This document shows, one piece after another, positions 52,511 through 63,211 of a stretch of 63,211 nt of DNA (position 1 is the stretch's first letter; every line of letters starts with the position of its first letter). A program made the translations under genes and the position numbers. Origin of the DNA: Phoronis australis (Eukaryota; Animalia; Phoronida). The notes beneath the pieces are model-generated. The model was given only the letters and a program-made list of their open reading frames with translations. It made no database searches and was not told where the DNA came from. The stretch lies in NCBI GenBank assembly GCA_002633005.1, contig NMRA01000005.1, positions 193,613-256,823 of the forward strand, written 5' to 3'.

Positions 52511-53004
52511 GTTAATTTTTACAGGCTATCAATTCGAACAGGAATACAGTGATGAAGAAATACTAGAGAGGCACTGTGAACAAGCTCAGACAACAGATCG
52601 TATGGAGTTATTTGGTAAGCCGGCATTCGTCAGGCACTGTCGACGTCTGCAGGCCACAGACACGGAGATGTTTCACGGCCTCATACTTGCTATTTACAGC
52701 ATACATTTCATTCTTCACTACCATGAGCCACTTCCGAAGCATTTCGGACTCTCGAGGAAGTAAAAAAACGATATACCCGCTTTCCTCACTGCTGCTTAGT
52801 TCGGACAAGCGGGAACGATGCACCGCAACATAGCGGCATTCACTCTGCATATGAACCACTGACGTCGCTAGTGTCGTTTCTCACCTTCCTCAGAGGTTAA
52901 CGCGACACCTCTTGGCAAGGTAAGGTTGACCGTATGCGAGGCGATGTGGATATAGACCGATTAAGATGGCAAAAAAGACTAATTAAATCGGGTGGCATTC
53001 TCCT
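52511..53004. mobile_element. Right part of a second copy of the 43727-45344 Kolobok-like element
   Basis: Matches 44853-45344; ends tctcct-TTAA; left part lost in gap. Confidence 0.85.
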
Positions 53005-53595
53005 TTAAGTGCTTGTGAACTTTTTTTTCCAATTTTTACATGTCGTGATAACTCCCATCTGAGACAGCAATGCCAGGTTTGCCAGGTGCCTTTTCTGAAT
53101 TTAGTAATCAACCTGCTATCACTAACTCAAATTATATATATTCATGACACTGTTTTCTCAGGAGTCTTCAATAATTGGATGGTTTACTGTTAAAGAAGCG
53201 TACTTCTTTGTTCATCAAACAGGGCTTGGAATTTTCCGCGGAAACGCGGATTTCCGCTTTTTTCAAATGTGCTTTCCGCTTTTTTTATAATATTTNAACT
53301 GCAGAGTCCATTGTTTTGTCACTTCAGAGGTGAGACAAAGACAACTTTTTGGTCAGGTTCTCCGTGGTAGTCAGGATGATTTAAGTGCTTGTGAACTTTA
53401 TTTTCCAATTTTTACATGTCGTGACATCTCCCCTCTCAGACAGCAATGCCAGGTTTGCCAGGTGCCTTTTCTGAATTTAGTAATCAACCTGCTATCACTA
53501 ACTCAAATTATATATATTGATGACACTGTTTTCTCAAGAGTCTTCAATAATTGGATGGTTTACTGTTAAACAAGTGTACTTCTTTGTTCATCAAA

Positions 53596-54061
53596 CAGGG
53601 CTTGGAATTTTCCGCGGAAACGTGGATTTCCGCTTTTTTCAAATGTGCTTTCCGCTTTTTTTATAATATTTCCGCGTAAAAAATCGGATTTGATATAAAA
53701 TTTTCGCGGCAAATTCCTTTCTTACCGCGGCGTTGCAGACGACGTTCACCTCGAAAAGCGGAAGTTGCTCTTTATGTTTCGGAGAAACGTAAATTGTCAA
53801 CATTGCCGGGACATCTGGGACAGCATGGTGGGATGTTCAATGGCGTCTCGTGTTATTGTTAAGCGCGGCGACAAATACTGCTGCTCTGCAGCCAAAAATG
53901 TGTGGGTTGGGAGTGGACGGCCGAGCTAAAAGGATGCAGACGCATGCTACTGTCGGGGAAAGGTTCACATTTATCATTTCAAGGTTGGTTATCGGGCATG
54001 ATTTGGGCCGTAAAAGTTTCAAAGTTTCCGCGTTTTTTGTCATTGGTCATTCCAAGCCCTG
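53596..54061. mobile_element. hAT-type MITE
   Basis: TIRs cagggcttggaat / attccaagccctg; flanks share atcaaa; extra ends at 53220 and ~51865. Confidence 0.75.
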
Positions 54062-54428
54062 ATCAAAACGAGTCAGTCTTCTTGATGTTAAATTTCAATT
54101 GGGATAAACTTGCATGTTTCAGTAGTTGAAATCTTGTCACAGAAACCAAAGTCACCTGTTCAGGCCGTCTGTTCCTAGCTGGCCAGAAGCGCTGACACTT
54201 ATTATGCGTGTATGACATTTGCAAACATTCTTTGGTTCCTATGCATTGATTTTAACAGATGCTTACAATGTGATAAATGTGCCATTTAACATTTTGGGCT
54301 CATTTGATCTGAAAACATGAGAAAGTTTGTTCCAGTTACTTTTGGCCATAAATGCCAGTGAGCCATGTAAATAGTGCATGCGCCAATTTGTCATTTGAGT
54401 TTTTTGTAATAGCACTTATCTTTATAAG

Positions 54429-54666
54429 GAATGTCCACAAGATGTCACCGTCGTCAGATCTCCGCAAGGTGGGTGCCTTCACGCCCATGAGCGCCACACC
54501 TAAAAATGATGACTTGGACGATATTCCCTTCATGTCTCTGCTCCAGCCATTGGAAAATGAACAAGACATCCCGACAGAGACAACAGCCAAAAACTGCGAG
54601 GAGACGAACGAAGAAGAAATGACTGGGACGCAAACAGAGAACACAGACTATGTCATGATTGAATTG
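54429..54666 (+). CDS. ATG13: Autophagy-related protein 13, penultimate coding exon (5' boundary tentative)
   Basis: Open frame ...RKVGAF...DIPFMSLL...ENTDYVMIEL ending at donor TTG|GTGGGT; YVMI matches the ATG13 LIR (human DDFVMIDF); acceptor tttataag| or cacaag|. Confidence 0.8.
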
Positions 54667-55248
54667 GTGGGTAACCATGGTGACTGGTTGTACTGGATGC
54701 TAAGTGCGGGTTTCATAGACGCAAGAACTTCTAAAAAATGAAAGTTCGCAAATAATTTTGCGAGATTTCGTCATGTATTACAAACGAAGCACATGATCAC
54801 ATTAGCTTCTTTCCTGAGGTTCGGGTGTCAATAGCATGTATACCTGGTGTGGCATATTTAATAAGTGAGTGAACACAAAAAGCCATTAAATGAATGTGAC
54901 GACTACTTTGTACTTTAAGACAATGTATATGGAAATTTTTGGTGTCCACTTCACCAGTTTCATGCCCGTTTCCCAACAAAATTTAATTGCAGTTTCTGCA
55001 ACTGTGGACAGAATTTCAGTGACCTAATCAATCCGAGTTCAGGTTTATTGCTTCTGATATTCGTGTTGAACTTGATTTAAACATTTGTTTTTGTTGTCTG
55101 CTATGTGAATAGTGAAAAGAGAATGGGATGAGAGTCAAGTTTTGTTTTACGAAAAGCTTTGAATACTTAGGAATGAGTACAAATCTTAAGATTAGATTTT
55201 GGTATGAAATTCATGACAGCTGATGCTAATCATATTCTTTTTTTTCAG

Positions 55249-55452
55249 AAAACGCCATTTGCTGAGCCTGAAGCCAATGCCGATCTTGGACAATTTTACA
55301 AGGACTGTCAAGCAGCGCCACCTTTGGTCATGTTTGAAGATCAGTCAGATATTCAGCAGACTTTGTCTGGTATAGATGATCAGTTGAAAGTTTTTGAATC
55401 ACGCCTGCCAGATATAGACGACTTTGTCAAATCACTACAGATATCTGGTTGA
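55249..55452 (+). CDS. ATG13: Autophagy-related protein 13, last coding exon
   Basis: Acceptor ttttttttcag|, phase 0; KTPFAEPEANADLGQFYKDCQAAPPL...DQLKVFESRLPDIDDFVKSLQ resembles the ATG13 C-terminus (human DLGTFYREFQNPPQL...EFDAFVETLQ); TGA stop. Confidence 0.88.
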   Translation, partial: KTPFAEPEANADLGQFYKDCQAAPPLVMFEDQSDIQQTLSGIDDQLKVFESRLPDIDDFVKSLQISG

Positions 55453-56017
55453 AAATTGGTGCCTGCTACACCTAAACGTTCAATTGTCAGCTTCCAAGAA
55501 AACAAAAAAAAATGAACCATAACTAATATCTCTTGTTTACCTAGTTATCTGTGACAGAGCGGTTTTCAAATGCTGATGTCGATTTGGTGCGTTGTGAAGC
55601 ATTCCTAGCAGTCTTTTATACAGAATCAAACTCCAAATTCTTTACAACGCTTCATAGGGTTATGTTTCATACAAAAGAAACTCTTGATATCATTGGCTGT
55701 TGAAAGGAGCAATTCTGTACTTAATGACAAGGGTACAGGTACAGTGGAATAGATCACTATGATAAGATGATTCAGTGAATATCAGGCTTGTTCTTTCTAG
55801 ACAAATTGATATTGATGAAAAGACGATGTGAACTAAACTTTACTTGATATTGCTAGATCTGGTGCATAAGGTCATGGCCATGTATTTGAATATTACATAA
55901 CAGACTTTTATTTGAGGTCGTTTACACATGGACACGAACAAAGTTTTAATTTCAATAAGGAATTCACAACACATATTTTTTCAAGTTTCGTGGAGTGGTT
56001 TGAGCCAACTAATATTT

Positions 56018-57207
56018 ACTCTGCGCGTGTAAGCGCAGAGTACTGTTGTTCCTGGGTTTTCTTCAATTTTATTCTTATTCTTCTTATTCTTCTTCCCACC
56101 AACTTTGAGGCTTAGTAACTCCAAATTGTGTGCAGGTACGGTCTTTAAATTGAGCATATGACTTTTGACAGTATATAAATTTTGATTGGTTATATAATCA
56201 TATTCCATATTGCACCGGAAGAGGTCGTTTGGTGCAAAGGTCATATAATTTTCAAAATGCTACTCCTCCTTTAGTTTTAAAGCTATCTTTTTCAAATTCA
56301 GTGCACAGGTATAAGTCAACAAGGCAATTTAAAAAATTACTTTTCTAAGTAACCGGGTCATCCAATCAGGTGAAATAGGTCAAAGGTCATTAGGTGCAAA
56401 CTAAAATTTTGAGCTAAACACTTCAAATTGACAGGTCTGATTGCCACAGGTAAATCAAATCGGGATCCAAAGTTCCAGGTCATTTAGTGCAAACATGGGG
56501 TCATTAGGTGCATTTTTCTTCTGAAAATTTGACCTTTTCAATCAGCAAGTATTCTGATGTGTTAACCGTTAGACAACTGTGATTCTCAGCATTAAACACA
56601 TTTTCCATGGGCTTTGCAATAATTCTCCCAAAGATGCTTAAAATGCACCGGATAAGATCAATTAGTGCAAAGGTCATGTAACGTTCAAAATGTTATATCT
56701 CTTACGTTTTTCAAGGAATTCTTTTCAATTTCAGCACACTGGTGTATGTCAACATGCCAATTAAATACCCTACTTTACTTTGCAATAGGCCTAACCAATC
56801 AGAAAGAATAGGTCAAAGGTCATTGAGTGCGATTGAGTATGAATTCTAAATTTTCAGGTCATTTGGTGCACCCATTGGGTCATTGGGTGCATTTTTCTTC
56901 TGAAAGTTTGACCACTTCATTCATCTTGTATTCTGAAGTGCTTAAAGTAAAACATCTGTGATTATTAGCATTAACCACACTTTTAATCGAGTTAACAATT
57001 ACTCCCTCATCGGGGCTCATAATGCACCGGAAGAGGTCAATTAGTGGAAAGGTCATCAAAAAATTAATATGTAATTTCTCCTACAATTTTAAAGAATTCC
57101 TTTTCATATTGGTAAACGGGTTGCTGTCAGTAACTTCCCATAATAATTCCAGTAATACGCACGCGCAGAGTCCGTTATTGTCACGCCGTGACAATAATCT
57201 TTCTAGT
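56018..57207 (+). mobile_element. Complete HINE (Helentron-associated/DINE-1-like), 1.19 kb
   Basis: TT-actctgcgcgtg..gcgcagagt head, (ATTCTT)n, core repeats, 3' subTIR cacgcgcagagt, hairpin ttattgtcacg/cgtgacaataa, CTAG-TT. Confidence 0.9.
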
Positions 57208-58036
57208 TAATTATTTTGGCAGTACTTGATGTTTTGGTATTGGATGATTTGCAGAAATCAAGATAAATGGTGACTGTCCTGGTATCTGAAGAATTTATGT
57301 ACAAATATAATACGGTATTTCTTTCTAAAATGTTTTCGAAAATTTCACTATTTCACCTGATAAGACCATGGCTTTTTGTACCAGTTTTTCGTAAGTTATT
57401 AGTACAGAAATGATTTGAGAATATACAACAATCCGAAAGACTCGTTTTGACCCCGGCATTGAAAACGTATAATGCCCTACTATGTAGTCACCCTGGCTGG
57501 TGGCGTCTGATAGAAGTCAAGTGCTGATGAAAAAGTGTGGAAGCCATTGATTGGCTAAACCGTGTGTGAGGGTTAAGAAATATAACACCTCGTTAATACT
57601 TGTCTATTTAGAGCTTATATTTTCTCAAAAACAAAATTTTGGTCTCGCATTGTAAATTTGTCTTTCGTGAGGCACAAGTGTGTACAGTGAGGTAATGTGG
57701 TGCAGTGGTCGAAGTTCTTGTAAACGCAATCAAAAGTAATTGGACAAAATGATGATGTTTAATAGCCCGTTATTATGTGTCATTCTGGCTACTGTGGTAG
57801 CCATTTTTTGCTTGCATTCGGCCGTCATGATAGTGAACGGTGTTTGCGCTTGGCCGTCATGATGACAAATTTGCTTGCCCTCTGCCCCAGTGAGGAATTT
57901 CGGCTATGTCATTTTGTCCGATTATTTTTGGCTTGTGCTGTATGGCTGTATTGCCTCCTTGTGCTCTGTGGTGAGTTTAAAAGGTAACAAAATGTTACGA
58001 ATTTTTATGTTGAGCAATGCTGAGCATGGATGAGGC

Positions 58037-58092
58037 TAGGCAATGACCATCGCCTCTGTTGGCCAACCGTGAGAGGCGATGGTCATTGCCTA
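58037..58092. mobile_element. Micro-MITE palindrome, copy 2
   Basis: taggcaatgaccatcgcctct ... agaggcgatggtcattgccta, flanked by ggatgaggc direct repeats. Confidence 0.75.
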
Positions 58093-59059
58093 GGATGAGG
58101 CTATCCTTGATTAAATGTTAGAGAGGATTTGAGCAAAACATAGAAGATTAACAAACTTTTTGATTATGTAATGACTGGAAATCTGTTTGACAGGAAGATG
58201 ATTTTATTGAGAGATAGTTAAATCCTATTGCCTGAATTTATGAATCACTTAGCTGGTGTAAATGTCGATGCAAGTTCCATTAAAGGACTTAGGAATTGAG
58301 CTATCGCAAGTTCCGCCCCCTTGCGAAAAATCGACAAACTAGGTTTTACCGGCTGTAGACGTCTTGGTTTTACTCGACAACGTGTTGTTTGTGGGGTAGA
58401 ATGGCGGCTTAGAAAAGAATGTGTGTCAAGAATGCTGCGTTCTGATTGGTCAATTAATCCGTCTCTCAAAATCCTGGTGATAGGTCTACTCTTGAACGCT
58501 GAGGAAATGGTATCCCTCGAGTTTTTAGTTGCTGAAAGACGCTGGGAAAGTGCGCTTGACATTCAGTGTTGGCCAGGTTGTTTAGATATACTGATACAAA
58601 CTGGAACAAGAACTGCACAATAATGCAAACATGCCTGCCTGCACGTCTCCTTATAGAGGAGATTGTTAAGTACCAGGTTGATTGGACTGTATGTGTTAAA
58701 CTTTAGTCGTAGGCACTCATTGTAAATAGCAAAACTTTTTTTTAACTTATTGATTGTTTAGCCACAATGAGCAAGGATGGTACCAGGAATTTCCGAAAAT
58801 AGGTGTATTCTTAACAACTCATGCATGTTTGAGAAAGACTGCACCACGAAGTGTTGACACAGTTTCTGAATAAACGCAGCGGCGTGTTGGTTACATTTGA
58901 TGTTTTTGAACGGTCGTTTTCTGAATGGGTCTATTTTCGGAAATTCCGGATACAATCCGTTCTGTAAACTGTTTGCTTTAAAATGTACATGTAGTCTAAA
59001 TGAGTAATACATGTGTTTGTAAACTCTTTATTTATGATTGTGTGTGTGCATAGGTGTCT

Positions 59060-59825
59060 TGGGGAAAATATTGAGTTTAGTAATTAACCCCGATTAACGT
59101 TATGCGGTTGAAAGAAGATTTAATAATTTGTGCGGTTTTATAGTTGTGTGTGGGGGGGGGGGGCTCAGGCCCGATTTCACCTGTCCGATTCAGACCACCA
59201 GCGTAACTGTAACGGAACTATGGCTAAGTAATGGCGCTCCCGGTCGATAGGCGCGTGATACCCTAGGCGACCGGCAGTGGTGCTGCGCATTACCACGTCG
59301 TCTGCTCCGTCGTCTACTTCATTTTTTCAAAGAAAACGGAATGTGAGTGACGAAGAAGAAACAGAAGCTACTGATAAGATTTAAATTTTAATCGAAGTCT
59401 CCGCTTAGAACCTCATCATTCTCTCTTTGTCATATATTAAAATAAGACAATTTCCAAAGCAATCGCGTGGTTAATGCCATCACGATCAGATTTGGTCTTT
59501 TGGGCAACTGAAAACTATTTTAAACACAACTTTTGCTACGAACTGGCCTTAGTATGACATTAAAAGTGGAAACGTGATGGCGCAGTGGTAGAGCACGCGC
59601 GCTTTGGCAGGCAGGTCGTCAGTTAAAGTCCTTGGCATTTACGAATTTTTTGTTTTTTTTTTTCTTTTTCCTTATTTGATAATAGTTCAGAAATCACGGA
59701 AAATGCTTGTTTTTAGAGGCAAAGGCAAAATTTTCTCCTGGGCGGGAGGGGGAATCCCCCATTCGGCGCTTCGCGCGATCATTTACGACAAAAGTTGGGC
59801 CCCTCCCCCCTTGATATCCACTGGT
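59060..59825 (+). mobile_element. hAT-like non-autonomous element with an internal tRNA-like segment; second copy from ~62911 to window end
   Basis: 59080-59292 matches 63015-63211; tggcgcagtggtagagc A box at ~59578; gggcccc-rich ends. Confidence 0.5.
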
Positions 59826-60773
59826 GTGCTAGAATAAATTGTACAGTCGTGGTTGGTCAGGAGCACTGTGCAACTGCAAATTGTAAAGACTTGGTAAATA
59901 ATGTGACTTACGGAGAGAGTGCCAAGTTACCCTGACAGTGATGGATACGGTTAGGACAACGCAGAGTTAGGCCACGCCTACAGTAGTTGTCGTTGCCAAG
60001 ACCCCTAAGCGCAAAGCCAACATGGTGTGCTACACCGCAATTGGTTCTATACAATAATGTTTTGATGTTTCACATAAACTTTTGCCATGTATACAACCGC
60101 ATCATCAAAATGGCCCACGGGAAGCAAATAAACTGTTGCACGCAGTGGTACATCCAGGACACCAAGCCTTTGAGTCCATTTATAGACTACGGCAAACCGG
60201 AATGCCAACACATTGACACGCCAACTTTTATAGGAGTGTTTTGTTTCAATGACACCGTGGACACATTTGGTTCGCGGTCATCATGTTCCAGAGCTGTTTG
60301 CTTAGCACTACAAAAGATAGTGAAAAAATACTCCCCGGCATGCAATTTGTCTTGTTTGTTTAACGTTTCATTTTTAGGGTCCACTGGTGGTCCAGAGTGA
60401 AGTGTCTTGGCTGGCGTTTCCGTAAGTATGGCTACAACCCACGGTGGCATGCATGCAGTTACTCGTAAAACTCAGTGTTCACGACCTTGCTTTAAAGTAA
60501 ACATTTGTAAAATGCTGTGTAAAGATGAATTCATTTCGTTTTATATTTAGTCTATGGATTATCTAGGCGTACTATCTGTGGCTCCAGGTCCCAACGCCAG
60601 CGTAACTTCGAAATACACGGAGGACCGGGGCCACTGGATTTGCGGCCGGGGCGACGTTTAAAGTTACTGGCCCAACAGCGGGCCAGTAACTTTTAGATAT
60701 ATATCCTACATGTTTGTGGATGTGGTCCCATATTCAATTAATTCAAAAAGTGTTGTTGACTTATTTTATTTGA

Positions 60774-60945
60774 GGAGACGGTGTGGCTCAGTGGTTTGAG
60801 TTCCGGACTCCATACGGCCGTATGGGACCCGGGTTCGAATCCTGGCTTTACTGGCGGACAATCGAGCATTGCACAAAAGTCTCCTACTCCTCTGAGCTCG
60901 GTCTTACTAGTGAATGTATGCAAGGGAATGAATGAGAACCTGGAT
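60774..60945 (+). mobile_element. tRNA-derived SINE
   Basis: A box TGGCTCAGTGG, B box GGTTCGAATCC, no acceptor stem, non-tRNA body follows. Confidence 0.75.
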
Positions 60946-61640
60946 ATAATGCGAAAGCGATTTCTGGGGCTGTGCTCATTTCTTTGCCTCTCACTCTTGA
61001 ACGCCAACGACTGTACTTTTGAACATTGCGGGAAATACGTGATCGCCCCATTCACTTACTCTACAAATGCGATATAATATGCGCGCCAGTTGGTTAGCTC
61101 AAACTGGCCGCCGCGGTGTCACTTGCTCCGTCAGGTGGCAGTCGTGTTTATGCACTCGATCAGCTATTCCGTGTCAGCTGCGCCCGTGTCAGCTGTCTCT
61201 CGTGTAAATGCGGCTAATTAAACAAGCATCAATCAAATACTGTGTTACATAACCACATAGCCGGTGACTGTGTAGGTGATTTCGTGACGACTGGAGACTA
61301 TGCTGCGGAACCAACAGGCAAGAACAGTTCAAAAGAACGCTGAGAACATCACACGAGACTTGAAAGAATATGTCGCGTGAACATGGGATCAGAATCGGTA
61401 TTTGACGCATTTCATTGGCTAATATTTTCAGCTACTTTTGCAAACTTTCTGAAAGCGCCTAAGAATGTTTCGGACCACACCATAACGCGAAAAAACGTCA
61501 CAATCAGCGCGGTGCTTCTACTAATTCAACTTACAGAACTTTGTGGTGGAAAAACATTTATTTTTCTTGTAAGATGTCCTTCTTATCAAATATCCACGAC
61601 AATATCCTTGCAGCAGGTCCGGCGGTGTTGGCGCCCAAGC

Positions 61641-61927
61641 CGGGGGATCACTCATTGACAAGGTGCTCACAGGCGTGTACCAAAAAATGTTGAGAGGCCC
61701 CCTACTGCGGGTGTCAGGTCTGCTAATTCCTACCCCCTTTTGCGGGATAGAATTTCCTGCCTCGCCCCTTTTGTGGGGTTGAGGCCAAAGCAGCTGGGCC
61801 TTTTCCGGGGACTAAATGGAAATTTACTTGCCTATTGGTCCCAGAAAAGTTGCTGAAAAAGTAATGCCTACTCCCAATTTTTCCGGGTACACGCCTGCGG
61901 ACACCTTGTCAATATGAGTGACCCCCG
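61641..61927. mobile_element. MITE with ~42-bp imperfect TIRs
   Basis: cgggggatcactcattgacaaggtg...caggcgtgtacc vs ggtacacgcctg...caccttgtcaatatgagtgacccccg. Confidence 0.7.
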
Positions 61928-63211
61928 AGTGCCAAAAAAGCGGTCCAAGCAGACGATCGTAATTTGGAAATGTGCGTCTCATTTCCTAGTCATGGTCGCA
62001 AAAGTCAACAAACGTGAAAACGACAACCCTATTAATCGTCAAACGACGGCCCCGTCTTTACTTTGAGCAGAGTATTGGAGTCGCTAAGAAATTCTCAAAC
62101 CATTCACCTGTTTCAGGGGCTACGTGCGCGACATACGAGTCGTTAAAGTGCAGGCCTATACTCAAGCGCTTCAAGTGCCATACTTACGGGTGCGCACCAG
62201 TGTTCGAACTTCAGCAAATGTACGTGCTGGCCCACAAGGCCAGTTAGTCTGAAAAACTATTGGCCCGGCTGTTAAGTTGCTGGCCCAGCTTTGAGCAACT
62301 AACGGCGTTTTTTTTCTTAGTTTTCCTGTACACTAAATACGCATGTGCTTGAGAACCCTACATTGTTATGTTATTAACTCTATTAGAGCAGTTGTTGGTA
62401 ACTAAGATGTATACATTAACACCAAGTAAGCTGTGGTTAAGAAATAAAAGCCCCGAACTGGATTCAACCAATATATTTTTGCAAAACACGGTTCATCACT
62501 AATAGAGTGGTTCTGTCCTCTAAACATTAACCCGAACTGAACTTACAGTCACACACGTCATATCATCACAAACTAACAACCATGTACTAAAGTTAATATT
62601 CTCTTAAGAGAACACCTGAAAACATGGCTTACATTAGTCTACCTTGTAGTCCTTGTTATACAGGAACGCAAGAACAAATCAACAGTTGTTTCACAACTCG
62701 CGTTGTACAACGCAGTCCTGAGAAATACCCTGTATTCGACTTGAAGCAAAGGTCAGACTATTCCGAACTTGAATAATTTTAAAACTTATTTGTATGACAA
62801 TGTTGTACTAAGGAAAAAAAATTTTTAGAAAGAGATTGAACCTCTACAACATTCATTATATATAATGTTACTTCCCATAGTAAAGGACTTGTCAATAAAA
62901 TACAAGTGTGTAAGCCTGCGGATTTAGGGGGGCCCACGGGGCCCGGGCCCCCAGCCCACCCCCCTTGACTGCCGCAAAAAAATAAAACAGCAAGAGCGTA
63001 GGGAAATGAGTTTTTTAATTAACCCCGTTAATTAAAATTATACGGATGAAACAAGATTTAAATGTGTGCAGTTTTAGTGTTTGGGGGGGGGGGCTCAGAT
63101 CCAATTTCAAGGGTCAAATTCGGAACACGGCGCAATCGTAACGGACTTATGGCTAAGTATAGGCTCTCCCACGATATCCCAGGCGACCGGCAGTGGTGCT
63201 GGGCACTACGA

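Noticed and set aside
60774-60855. Functional tRNA gene
   Set aside because: No acceptor stem, no canonical anticodon arm, no terminator; better explained as a SINE

Overview
AT-rich, repeat-dense eukaryotic genomic DNA, most likely from a bilaterian invertebrate (inferred from TE repertoire, CTCF-like motifs and ATG13 sequence). It has three assembly gaps (6702-7558, 41558-42018, 52087-52510) and a single-N join at 53296. I recognise only one host gene: the last two coding exons of ATG13 (+ strand, 54429-54666 and 55249-55452). The rest is mostly nested transposon debris: several Kolobok-type (TTAA) elements including two THAP-encoding derivatives, a dead pogo/Tigger transposase inside two MITEs, Helentron-type HINEs, a CACTA-like element, hAT MITEs, a Penelope fragment with a hammerhead ribozyme, CR1/L2-like LINE ends, SINE heads and a solo LTR. 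The most unusual item is an intact-looking 82-nt Pol III tRNA gene (47454-47535) with a serine-type body but a TCT (Arg, AGA-reading) anticodon. It lies in a duplicated unit whose other copy carries an LTR at the expected Pol III start. All calls are by eye; no searches were run.
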